Assembly: GCA_963710605.1 (NCBI GenBank)
Contig: CAVQBA010000006.1
Coordinates: 1-64,000 of the forward strand
Source: an uncultured cyanobacterium
GTDB lineage: Bacteria > Cyanobacteriota > Cyanobacteriia > Cyanobacteriales > Cyanobacteriaceae
Length of the DNA stretch: 64,000 bases
Reading direction: 5' to 3'
The notes below the pieces were generated by a model that was not told the DNA's origin, searched no databases, and saw nothing but the letters and a program-made list of their open reading frames with translations. The position numbers were made by a program, and so were the translations under genes. Within the stretch, counting starts at the first letter, position 1. Each line of letters opens with the position of its first letter. Positions 43,204 to 52,701 of this stretch are shown one piece after another.

Positions 43204-44514
43204 ATGAGAATAACAAAAATTTCTATAGATGGATTATTTGGGATTTTTAACCATGAAATTCGTCTAAATGTGGAAGAAAGGATAACTATTATTCATGGTG
43301 CTAATGGTGTAGGGAAAACAATTATTCTTACAATGCTCAATGATTTTTTTCATTCTCGTTATTCCATTTTTAGAAAAACACCATTTGAAAAATTTGTAAT
43401 TTATTTTGATAACGCTCATAATATTGAAATTGTAAAAAAGAATCATATTAACGACAAAAAAACGACAAGTCATAGGTATGATATCAAATTCTTATTAAAA
43501 GAAAATGATTTAGTTATTAAAGACTTTATTCCTAGAATAGAAGATAATGAAGAAAAAATAGAAGATTATGATTCTCAAATTTCTTGGTATAGTCAGATAA
43601 TAAGACGGAAAATATCTATGGATATAAATGAAATAGAAGAAGACTCAAATAAAAATGATGATGATATCTGTGAATGGTTAGAGCAAATAACAAATAATAT
43701 TAATATCCACTTAATAAATTCTCAAAGATTAATCAATATAGAAAAAATCAATAAAAAGAAGAAATCGTACTCTACTGTTTCTAATTATTCAGAAAAATTA
43801 GCTAACTTAATGGATCGAAAATTTACTGAATATGGTTCTATTTCACAATCTTTAGAAAGAACTTTTCCATCGAGAGTTTTACAATTGGTACAAGTAGGAA
43901 ACACTGATTTACAAAGAGAAAATCTATCTGAACAACTAAATCATCTGCAAAAACAGAGAAATCGCTTAATAAATGTTGGTTTGTTGAACAAAGAAGAAGA
44001 TAGCGATTTTAATATACAGTCTAATACCATTGATAATACCGATGAAAGCACAAAAATGTTTTTATCTGTATATGTTGAAGATGTAGAAAAAAAGTTAAAT
44101 GTATTTAAAGATATAGCTGATAAAATAGAATTGTTAAAAAAAATTATTGATAAAAAATTTGCTTATTCTTCTAAACAAATTAATTTTGACAAAGAAAGGG
44201 GTTTTATTTTTACAACGAATAAAGATTTATCTTCTCCTTCAGAAAATGAAAATAAGAAAATTTCGCCGACAGATTTATCATCAGGAGAACAGCACGAATT
44301 AATCATGCTTTATGATTTATTATTTAATGTAAAACCTAATTCTTTAGTCTTAATTGACGAACCCGAATTATCCCTTCATGTAAGTTGGCTAGTCGATTTT
44401 TTAACTGATTTAGAAAGTATAATTAAAATTGCCGATTTAGATATTTTAATGGCGACTCATTCACCAGATTTGATAAACGATCGCTGGGATTTAACGGTTG
44501 AATTAAAGAAATAG
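43204..44514 (+). CDS. ABC/AAA_21-type ATPase, PARIS AriA-like
   Basis: Walker A GANGVGKT, signature LSSGEQ, Walker B LVLIDEPE, ATHSP; 4 nt upstream of the DUF4435 gene. Confidence 0.8.
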   Translation: MRITKISIDGLFGIFNHEIRLNVEERITIIHGANGVGKTIILTMLNDFFHSRYSIFRKTPFEKFVIYFDNAHNIEIVKKNHINDKKTTSHRYDIKFLLKENDLVIKDFIPRIEDNEEKIEDYDSQISWYSQIIRRKISMDINEIEEDSNKNDDDICEWLEQITNNINIHLINSQRLINIEKINKKKKSYSTVSNYSEKLANLMDRKFTEYGSISQSLERTFPSRVLQLVQVGNTDLQRENLSEQLNHLQKQRNRLINVGLLNKEEDSDFNIQSNTIDNTDESTKMFLSVYVEDVEKKLNVFKDIADKIELLKKIIDKKFAYSSKQINFDKERGFIFTTNKDLSSPSENENKKISPTDLSSGEQHELIMLYDLLFNVKPNSLVLIDEPELSLHVSWLVDFLTDLESIIKIADLDILMATHSPDLINDRWDLTVELKK

Positions 44515-44518
44515 AATA

Positions 44519-45376
44519 ATGCGAGAATATCTAACAGTCGATCGTATTGCTAACACTATCCGACAACAAAAAACAAATTTTCAAGGTAGTTTTATATTAG
44601 TCGAGGGTGATTCTGATAAAAAAGTATATCAAAATTTTGTTGACCAATTAAATTGTCGTTTTGAAATCTGTAAAGGAAAACCATCTAGTAAACAAAGAGT
44701 AATTCAAGTATTAGATATTTTAAATAACGATAATATACAAGGAATAATAGGTATCGTTGATGCTGATTTCGATCGTTTAGAAAATACTCAATATAACCAC
44801 AATAATTTATTTTTAACGGATTATCATGATTTGGAAATTATGTTAATTCGATCGCCAGCTTTAAATAAATTACTTCAAGAATTTGCCTCAGAAGATAAGC
44901 TTAATAAATTAAAATTAGATGTTAGACAAGTTTTATTAAATTTAAGTTGTGATTTGGGTTATTTACGTTGGATTTCTAGAGAAGATAACTTGAATCTCAG
45001 TTTTAATGATTTGAAGTACCAAAATTTTTTAGATACAAAAAAATTAATTGTTGATTGTAAAAAATTAATTAAAACAATTATAGATAAAACTCAAAACTAT
45101 TCGATTGTTCAACAAGATTTACTAGTGAAAATTAAGAATAAAAAAGATAAGCTTCATTATAAAGAGCAGATATGTTGTGGTCATGACTTAATTAATATTT
45201 TATCAATTTTGTTATGTAAAAAAATTGGCTCTAATAATACAAATCAAGTTAACAAAGAGAATCTAGAACGTAGTTTAAGATTAGCTTATGAAAGTATCTA
45301 TTTTCAGCAAACTAATCTTTATCTTCAGGTAATTAAATGGCAAGATCAGAATCACATTACTATGTTTGTGAAATAA
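44519..45376 (+). CDS. DUF4435 TOPRIM-like protein, PARIS AriB-like
   Basis: ILVEGDSD, GIVDADFD (TOPRIM E and DxD), TDYHDLE, CGHDL. Confidence 0.8.
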   Translation: MREYLTVDRIANTIRQQKTNFQGSFILVEGDSDKKVYQNFVDQLNCRFEICKGKPSSKQRVIQVLDILNNDNIQGIIGIVDADFDRLENTQYNHNNLFLTDYHDLEIMLIRSPALNKLLQEFASEDKLNKLKLDVRQVLLNLSCDLGYLRWISREDNLNLSFNDLKYQNFLDTKKLIVDCKKLIKTIIDKTQNYSIVQQDLLVKIKNKKDKLHYKEQICCGHDLINILSILLCKKIGSNNTNQVNKENLERSLRLAYESIYFQQTNLYLQVIKWQDQNHITMFVK

Positions 45377-45479
45377 GTAATTATCATAGTTTATGTCACC
45401 TTATCTATCTTTGAAATTTAGAATCATCAAGAGTAAATAAAGAAAAGAGTATAAACAATTAGTCAGTCTTCTATTTTAG

Positions 45480-45625
45480 AGTCACAAGCTTATACTTGAT
45501 GAACCTATTACGATCGCAGGTAAAAATAGATATGAGACTAAACTATACTTAGAAAAAGATGAAAAGCTAGAAGAATTATAATGAACAATCATTACAACAT
45601 GGTAATTCAATAAAGTGAAGAAGAT
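45480..45625 (+). pseudogene. Degenerate hicA 3' end + hicB 5' end remnant
   Basis: EPITIAGKNRYETKLYLEKD (HicA-like tail), TAATG overlap, then MNNHYNMVIQ*SEEDN (HicB IQWSEEDN with W changed to stop). Confidence 0.55.
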
Positions 45626-45633
45626 AATATTAT

Positions 45634-46662
45634 TTATTCATAAAAAGAAGGTAATTGCTTAATTAACTCGTACTCTATCTCCTCTAATTTGGGAACTATA
45701 CCAATTTCTGGATCTTGCAAAATTTGGTTTTTAAATTCAGTTAAATAATCAAGAATATTTTTTCTTAAAATAGGACGAGAATCCGCTACCATATTCTTAT
45801 AATCCCATACATCCCAAGCTACAAAACCGATCGCTAATAAAGGATCTATTAATTTAGCTGTAGTTGATACAGCAACGGAAGTTCCACCTTTAACTGCTAA
45901 TTTACTTCCTGCTTTGAGTGCGATATTACTAAATAATTTGGCACCGATAACTGCTCCAACGATCGTAGTTTCGGTTAACAATGAACTACCTAAACTTTGT
46001 AGTGATAAGCTAGATTTACTATTTCCTGTATTATAAATTAATTGAGCAAGTTCTCCTAAATGGCTATCCCAATCACGATCGTCAATTTTGTAATCGTTTT
46101 TAATATCTGCGAAAACTAAACTAATAGAATTACCATATATTTTACCAGTTCTTTCAATTATTTTTTTAAGATCTTTTTGAGCTGATTTAGTAAATACTAA
46201 TTCCTGAAATTTATCATAAAACTTTCTGGTCAATCTTTTAGCTATTATTTCACTTGAATTGAGATTTTTTTCATCTTCTTTTCTTAATAGTTTTAAGCGT
46301 TTGTCCAATTTGAAACCTACCCAAGAAATTACGCCTCCATATTCGATCGATTTTTGATTGAAAAAACTAAAGTACCAATCTAAAAAATCTTGATCTACAT
46401 TCACCATCAATTCATCAATATAGTCATCTAATTCTTCTGTTGCGAATTCCTCCGCCACAAGAAGACTGTCTTTAATTTTATCAGTTAATGATTTATCTAT
46501 CTTTGCCCAGTCATAATTTTTATCATCTAAAAAAGCTATTTTGTTATTGTTAATTATGTCCGCTACAGCAGGTTTTAAAAATAACAAATGATTATTAAAA
46601 ACTAAAATAATAGTAAGTAATAAGATAGTTAAGTTTTTGGTTAATCGATCGATAATATTCAT
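45634..46662 (-). CDS. Uncharacterised exported protein, paralog B of a tandem pair
   Basis: Signal-like N-terminus (PAVA-D); FLDWYFSFFNQKSIEY and AWDVWD shared with the upstream gene. Confidence 0.75.
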   Translation of the reverse strand: MNIIDRLTKNLTILLLTIILVFNNHLLFLKPAVADIINNNKIAFLDDKNYDWAKIDKSLTDKIKDSLLVAEEFATEELDDYIDELMVNVDQDFLDWYFSFFNQKSIEYGGVISWVGFKLDKRLKLLRKEDEKNLNSSEIIAKRLTRKFYDKFQELVFTKSAQKDLKKIIERTGKIYGNSISLVFADIKNDYKIDDRDWDSHLGELAQLIYNTGNSKSSLSLQSLGSSLLTETTIVGAVIGAKLFSNIALKAGSKLAVKGGTSVAVSTTAKLIDPLLAIGFVAWDVWDYKNMVADSRPILRKNILDYLTEFKNQILQDPEIGIVPKLEEIEYELIKQLPSFYE

Positions 46663-46717
46663 AAAAAATAATTAAATTAAAGATTTTAAAAATAGTTAAG
46701 CATGGTAAAAGTTTTAA

Positions 46718-47896
46718 TTAAATCAAACTTGAAACAATATTTTCCTGAATTCGATCGATAATAATTATAATTCCTGTCTCAGGATTATTAAGTAACGAAT
46801 CTTTTACTTCTTCTAAATAACCAATCAAATTTTCTTTTAAAATCGGTTTTTCAATTTGAGCGGTATGATTAATATCCCAAATATCCCATAAAATAATACC
46901 AACTCCTACACTTGCATCTAAAAAAGTTGAGCCAATTTTACCGGCTAAAACTCCACCTGTTTTAGTTGCCACTTTTGCCCCCGCTTTTCCTGCTAATTTA
47001 GCCACTACTTTACTGCTGACTGTCGGTATAAGTTTGACGATTAAAGGTTTAACAGCTACATAAGCACCACCACCGACAAAAACTTTTAAAGGTGTATTAG
47101 AAATGTTCCCTTCTGTATTGTAAATACTAACGGCAATATCATTAAGATAATTATCCCAATCTGTTTGAGGAATTTGATAGTTGATGGCAATGTCACTAAT
47201 ATTTGTTTCAACTTGCTTAAGATAATATCTAACTATTTGATTGGTTATTCTTTCTAATTGCAATTGAGCTATTTGGGGGCGTAATACTCTTTTACTAAAT
47301 TCTAACTGAAAATCTTGAGTAATTGACTCGGCTATTTGCTCATTTATACCTTTATTATTCAGTTTAAATAGCTTAAAACTTCCAGCTTTCAAGGCATTAA
47401 AAAAACCTTTATATTCTATTTGTTTTTGATTAAAATAACCAAAGTACCAATCTAAAAAATTAGGATCGATTCTAGTAGCTAAATCATCAACCCAAATTTG
47501 TAATTGCTCGTCTGCATATTCATTAGTATTTTTATAAGCTAAATCTAAACTATCTTTAATTGCAACATCAATTTTATTCCACTCAATAACTGTTTTTTCA
47601 ATCGTAATTTCTTTATTAGAAGTTGGTTTGTTACTAAAAGATTGAGCAATAATTCCTTGCCCGATTAAGGGAATAATAACAATAATAATTACTAATACCC
47701 ATAGATAAGGTGCAAAAGATTTTAACAAATTAGCGATCGAATTTAACAAGCGACTCCAAGAATTTATTTTTTGGGTAACATCGTTATCAGTCTTAGCTTC
47801 TAATGTTTTATTTACCTGCTTATCTTCTTTCTTGTCTTTCTCAATACTATTATCTTCTAACGTCTGTTTTTTTGGTTCGGTGTTTTCTTGAGTCAT
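46718..47896 (-). CDS. Uncharacterised membrane-anchored protein, paralog A of a tandem pair
   Basis: TM YLWVLVIIIVIIPLIG; FLDWYFGYFNQKQIEY, LWDIWD. Confidence 0.75.
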   Translation of the reverse strand: MTQENTEPKKQTLEDNSIEKDKKEDKQVNKTLEAKTDNDVTQKINSWSRLLNSIANLLKSFAPYLWVLVIIIVIIPLIGQGIIAQSFSNKPTSNKEITIEKTVIEWNKIDVAIKDSLDLAYKNTNEYADEQLQIWVDDLATRIDPNFLDWYFGYFNQKQIEYKGFFNALKAGSFKLFKLNNKGINEQIAESITQDFQLEFSKRVLRPQIAQLQLERITNQIVRYYLKQVETNISDIAINYQIPQTDWDNYLNDIAVSIYNTEGNISNTPLKVFVGGGAYVAVKPLIVKLIPTVSSKVVAKLAGKAGAKVATKTGGVLAGKIGSTFLDASVGVGIILWDIWDINHTAQIEKPILKENLIGYLEEVKDSLLNNPETGIIIIIDRIQENIVSSLI

Positions 47897-47986
47897 CTAT
47901 CTATGGGTTAGTTAGTGAAATACTTTAATCAGTTTAATATTATTGTTTAGTCTAATCTTTTAAGCATAAATGAATAACAAAGTACT

Positions 47987-48007
47987 GTAGTAATGACTTT
48001 AGTCATT
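47987..48007. repeat. GTAG-headed REP-like hairpin
   Basis: GTAG-T-AATGACT-TT-AGTCATT; same type as 16817-16836 with a compensatory stem change. Confidence 0.55.
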
Positions 48008-48136
48008 GGATATGACTGAGTATATGTATATCTTGATTTTATTATAAGTCATCAAACAAATTTAATATCACTATCTAAAGCTCGATTTAATCTAAAATTA
48101 TCTTGAGGTAAAAAAACAAATAGTCGATCACTAAAA

Positions 48137-48856
48137 ATGCTAACAAAAATAGATTCAAATATTTGGATTGCACAACAACAATTAAAATACTTAGGGTTAG
48201 AAGTCGGGACAAAAATGACTATCATTCGTCTAGAGAATGATGAATTAGTAGTTATTTCTCCTATCCAAATTAATGATACTATTCAAACTCAATTGAATGA
48301 AATTGGATTAGTAAAACATATTATTGCACCTAATTTATTTCATTATTTATTTGTTTCTGATTGGAAAAAACTTTTTCCTAATGCGATGGTTTGGGCAAGT
48401 CCAGATTTGAAAGCTAAAAAACCAAATATATCGATCGATAAAAACCTTAATTATCAAGGTGGTAAATTTAATAATAGTCTTGAATATCTTTTTTTTGATG
48501 GATTTAAAACAACTACTTTTAACGGTTTTGAATTATTAAATGAATTTGTTTTTTTTCATTCTTTAACTAAGACTCTTATATTGACAGACACAGCTTTTAA
48601 TATTGATGATAGTTTTTCGCCTTTTATACAATTTGTAGCGAGAATTACTGGTGATTTTAATCATCTTAAACCATCGCTTTTAGAAAAAATTGCTACTAGC
48701 GATAAACAGAAAGTCAAAACTTCAGTGACTAAAATTCTAGAATGGGATTTTGAAAGGGTAATTATGGCACATGGCTCAATTATTGAATCAAATGGAAAAC
48801 AAAAGTTTAAACAAGGATATGAGCAGTTTCTTAATTGTACTTTGAATAATATGTAG
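48137..48856 (+). CDS. DUF4336 family protein
   Basis: GTKMTIIRL, SPI, IIAPNLFHYLF, EFVFFH..TLILTD, WDFERVIMAHG. Confidence 0.8.
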   Translation: MLTKIDSNIWIAQQQLKYLGLEVGTKMTIIRLENDELVVISPIQINDTIQTQLNEIGLVKHIIAPNLFHYLFVSDWKKLFPNAMVWASPDLKAKKPNISIDKNLNYQGGKFNNSLEYLFFDGFKTTTFNGFELLNEFVFFHSLTKTLILTDTAFNIDDSFSPFIQFVARITGDFNHLKPSLLEKIATSDKQKVKTSVTKILEWDFERVIMAHGSIIESNGKQKFKQGYEQFLNCTLNNM

Positions 48857-49059
48857 TTAATTAGTAACTATAAAATTAGATAGATTAGATTTGCAATAAT
48901 TTTTTAGCAGACATACACAAAATGTTTAATTAGTCAAGCAATATATGATGAGTAAGTTTATTGATCTGATCGATCGTCTGCCCTTATTCTGCTTCGCACG
49001 ATCGTCTGTTATTATCATGAAAGTGAAATATTTTAGTGTTAAAACAAGAACAAGACAAA

Positions 49060-49725
49060 ATGACAACTTATTTAGTGACAGGGGCAAATAGAGGTATAGG
49101 TTTAGAATATTGTCGTCAACTAAAACAACTTGGAAATCAAGTAATTGCAGTTTGTCGAAGCACTTCAGAAGAATTAGATAGTTTGGGAGTAACAGTTATA
49201 TCAGGCATAGAAATTACTGAGTATCAAACGATCGCTGATTTGGTTGTAAAATTAGATGGTGAAACAATTGATGTTTTAATTAACAACGCTGGAATAGTTA
49301 ATGCTGATAGCTTCGATTATTTAAATTTTGATAGTATTCGTCAGCAATTTGAAATAAATGCGATCGGTACACTCAAGATAACTAAAGCATTATTACCTAA
49401 CCTCCCAAAAGGTGGAAAAGTAATTATTATGACTAGTCGTATGGGTTCAATCGAAGATAATACATCTGGTGGTTATTATGGCTATCGTCTGAGCAAAGCC
49501 GCAGTTTCTATGGCAGGTAAATGTTTATCAATCGATCTCAAACCCGAAGAGATTGCTGTGGCGATTCTTCATCCTGGATTAGTTAAAACTCGGATGACAG
49601 GCTTTACTGATAATGGTATTACAACAGAACAATCTGTCACAGGATTGTTATCGAGAATTGATGAACTTACTTTGGAAAATACAGGAACATTTTGGCATTC
49701 TAATGGAGAAGTTTTGCCTTGGTAA
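49060..49725 (+). CDS. Short-chain dehydrogenase/reductase (CsgA-like)
   Basis: TGANRGIG, NNAG, YGYRLSK, LHPGLVKT, GEVLPW. Confidence 0.9.
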   Translation: MTTYLVTGANRGIGLEYCRQLKQLGNQVIAVCRSTSEELDSLGVTVISGIEITEYQTIADLVVKLDGETIDVLINNAGIVNADSFDYLNFDSIRQQFEINAIGTLKITKALLPNLPKGGKVIIMTSRMGSIEDNTSGGYYGYRLSKAAVSMAGKCLSIDLKPEEIAVAILHPGLVKTRMTGFTDNGITTEQSVTGLLSRIDELTLENTGTFWHSNGEVLPW

Positions 49726-49937
49726 TAAGGGAAGGGAAAATTAACACATTTATGTTTGACTCAGTTGTCATGAATATAAATAAATAATTGAGCGTAGTGT
49801 GATAATGTCTCTAAAGAACGAATATATCGATCGCTAAAACAATACCAGAGTTTAGGTACTTGTTGGTTGTCTTCTAAATTTCGATTGATAAGAAGTAAAT
49901 TGCATTGATAAGAAGTAACAAGTTAATCAAAACCTGT

Positions 49938-49976
49938 GATGAATTAGTTCGGCTACGCAATTATTCGGTGAGAATT
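49938..49976 (-). repeat. Short dispersed repeat family A, copy 5
   Basis: Reverse complement ATTCTCACCGAATAATTGC-GTAGCCGAACT-AATTCATC. Confidence 0.7.
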
Positions 49977-49980
49977 ATAG

Positions 49981-50574
49981 TTATTTAAACGGTTGCCCCC
50001 ACCATTGCCATGATTCTTTATTAAAAGGCGATCGCCATTTTAAGATTAATTCTTTTTCTAACTTTTGGCGTAACTTTCTAGATTCTGGAACACTCCACCA
50101 AAAAGCACTTCTAATCAAAACAGGTAAATCGTACTTTCGATGTAATTCTAAATAGTGTTGAATATAGTTTTTACAATCGTGATTAATCCATCTTTGCCCG
50201 GGCGATCGTTTTGTTTCTCCTACGTATAATAATAAAGAAGAATGAGTATCTAAAATAAAGTATAAACAACTTTCACTTAAGTTGTAATTAGGTAAATCAT
50301 AAAACTGATCGCTATGAGTTTCTTGTTCAAAAGGATTAAATAATTCTACTTCGCAAATAGATGTTTTTTCACTGATTAAATCACCTTGTTGTATCTGATT
50401 ATTTATTTGAGCTTGTTGATAATTGTAAATACTTTTTTTCCAGTTTTCTAAAAAACTTTTACTCATAGCAATATCAGGAGTAGTTGTTTTTTTTGATAAC
50501 TGATAAGTAGCTGAGGGTTCAAACAAGCTCAACTGTTTTGGTGAAGATGAAGGACGATAATCAGAATAATTCAA
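49981..50574 (-). CDS. GIY-YIG nuclease family protein
   Basis: CLYFILD..LLYVGET..RW..H, LEKELILKWRSPFN. Confidence 0.75.
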   Translation of the reverse strand: MNYSDYRPSSSPKQLSLFEPSATYQLSKKTTTPDIAMSKSFLENWKKSIYNYQQAQINNQIQQGDLISEKTSICEVELFNPFEQETHSDQFYDLPNYNLSESCLYFILDTHSSLLLYVGETKRSPGQRWINHDCKNYIQHYLELHRKYDLPVLIRSAFWWSVPESRKLRQKLEKELILKWRSPFNKESWQWWGQPFK

Positions 50575-50617
50575 TGGTTTTGAGCAAATAAATAATTTCG
50601 ATTCAAGCGATAAGTCT

Positions 50618-50640
50618 GTAGGGGTTTATGGCATAAACCC
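50618..50640. repeat. GTAG-headed REP-like hairpin
   Basis: GTAG-GGGTTTATG-G-CATAAACCC. Confidence 0.6.
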
Positions 50641-50748
50641 AAAATTAAATTTGTAGTTTTGTTTGTCAGGTTTCGCACTTTATTTTATATATTACTTATA
50701 TCCTAACGTTTTCTAAGCTTCAATCCAACCGACAATTTACGATCGCCA

Positions 50749-52401
50749 TTAATACCCGATCGCACTTCCATCACCACGAGGATCTGTACCACCATATCTT
50801 ACATCAGTGTCTCGATCGATTATAATCATCCCAGCGTGTCCCATCACATCAGTAAAATTAGGTTGTATATTAAGTTGATGCCCTCGTCTTTCTAACTCAT
50901 TTAAAACAGATTGCTCGACTCTTCCTTCTATTTTAAGTTCATTTGTTTCCGAGCCAAGATTTCGCCCTTGAATCCAACGAGGAGATTCGATCGCATCTTG
51001 TGCTGAAAAACCAAAATCAACTACACGAGTAACCAGTGCCGCTTGGGTTTGAGGTTGCCCGTCTCCGCCCATCGTGCCGTAAACTAAATAAGGCTTACTT
51101 TGTTTTAATAACATCGCTGGATTAAGAGTATGATAAGTACGCTTGTATGGTTCTAGATAATTAACGTGATTTGAATCAAGGGAAAAAAACTTACCTCGAT
51201 TTTGAAGCAATACACCCGTATTTTTAGCCACAATACCAGAGCCAAAAGCATCGGCAATACTATGAATATAAGATACAGCGTTACCATCTTTATCCACCAC
51301 ACCCATCCAAGCAGTATCAGATTCGAGACTAGTTGTTGAATCTGGAAATTGAGTAACCTGCATCTGGATTTGTTGAGCGAGATTGAGATTATGAGTCTTT
51401 GATAATAATTGAGTTAGGGGAATATTAACAAAATCAGGATCACTAAGCCAACGATTACGATCGTTAAATGCTAATTTAATTGCTTCGACGATTAGATGAT
51501 AATAATCTGCTGTTCCTTCTCCTAACTCCTTCACGTTAAAATTATTAAGAATACTTAAAATTTGTAGCGATGCCATTCCTTGAGTCGGAGGTGGTAGATT
51601 ATAGGCTTGATAACCACGATAATCGACAGAGATTGGCTCAACCCATTTAGCTTGATGCCTAGCAAAATCATCGAAAGTTAGTAATCCATCGTTAGATTGC
51701 AAATCTTGAATAATTCTTTTAGCTGTTTCTCCTTGATAAAATTCATCTGCACCATACTCAGCAATTCTAGTTAATGTTTGGGCTAAATCTGTTTGATATA
51801 GTATTTCTCCATATTGATAAGGCTTACCGTTAGGTTTAAAAAAAATCGAGTTAAAACCTTGAAAACGTTTTAGATTACCAAATTCTCGATCGAGTGAATT
51901 AATGTTTCTTTCTAGCCATTGATGTTGATGAGTAGAAATAGGAAAACCATTTTCGGCATATTCAATCGCAGGAGTGAGTAAATCTTGCCACTTACTCGTA
52001 CCATTCATTTGCTCTTGAGAATAGTGATAAGCCTCTTGCCAACCAGCTACTGCACCCGGTACTGTATTTGCCGCTAAATAACCTCGATCGGGTATTGTAT
52101 CGTACCCTTTAGAGCGATAAAAGTTGCTGGTGACGTTTTTTCCTGCCGCCCCCGTTGATTCTAAACCCTTTATTTGTTTTGTCTTAGCACTGTATATCAA
52201 CCAAAAATTATCGCCACCAATTGTCCCCATTTGTGGATACACTACCGAAAGTGCGGTCGAACCTGCGATCGTTGCTTCTACAGCATTACAGCCTTGATTT
52301 AAAGCAGTTAGAGCCACTTGTGAAGCTAAATAGTTAGGAGATGAAACCATCCCTTTTGTTGACATTACTGTGGTATTCGATCTACCAAAAAACTCATTCA
52401 T
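50749..52401 (-). CDS. Gamma-glutamyltransferase-family Ntn hydrolase, oxamate amidohydrolase (HpxW)-like
   Basis: VVYPQMGTIGGDNFWLI, autocleavage Thr in SDTAWMGVVD, HTLNP, GTMGGDGQPQT, DPRGDG; purine-cluster context. Confidence 0.75.
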   Translation of the reverse strand: MNEFFGRSNTTVMSTKGMVSSPNYLASQVALTALNQGCNAVEATIAGSTALSVVYPQMGTIGGDNFWLIYSAKTKQIKGLESTGAAGKNVTSNFYRSKGYDTIPDRGYLAANTVPGAVAGWQEAYHYSQEQMNGTSKWQDLLTPAIEYAENGFPISTHQHQWLERNINSLDREFGNLKRFQGFNSIFFKPNGKPYQYGEILYQTDLAQTLTRIAEYGADEFYQGETAKRIIQDLQSNDGLLTFDDFARHQAKWVEPISVDYRGYQAYNLPPPTQGMASLQILSILNNFNVKELGEGTADYYHLIVEAIKLAFNDRNRWLSDPDFVNIPLTQLLSKTHNLNLAQQIQMQVTQFPDSTTSLESDTAWMGVVDKDGNAVSYIHSIADAFGSGIVAKNTGVLLQNRGKFFSLDSNHVNYLEPYKRTYHTLNPAMLLKQSKPYLVYGTMGGDGQPQTQAALVTRVVDFGFSAQDAIESPRWIQGRNLGSETNELKIEGRVEQSVLNELERRGHQLNIQPNFTDVMGHAGMIIIDRDTDVRYGGTDPRGDGSAIGY

Positions 52402-52499
52402 GGAGTTAGTCTAAAAAATATATTGTGAGATTAACCAAGACATCAAAAATATAGCAGAAAATGAATAGGTTAGGACATTGTCATCCCCCTTCAATCAAG

Positions 52500-52701
52500 C
52501 AGGGCTGTTTCATGTCTTATGTCTGTAATTTATACCACGCCAGAAATACCAGTAAACTTAGCCGTTTTTTTCTAATAGTAAAAAGACAATGTAAGCACTC
52601 TCGATCGAGTAGTAATAGCTTCTAGCTATTTATTGTGAGCAGATAGCTATTTATTGTGAGCAGATAGCTATTTTCTTCTTCCTTTGAATGAAACAGCCCT
52701 G
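52500..52701. mobile_element. 202-bp MITE with 14-bp TIRs and a 13-bp target-site duplication
   Basis: CAGGGCTGTTTCAT ... ATGAAACAGCCCTG; flanking CCCTTCAATCAAG at 52487-52499 and 52702-52714; internal 21-bp tandem duplication 52623-52664. Confidence 0.9.
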
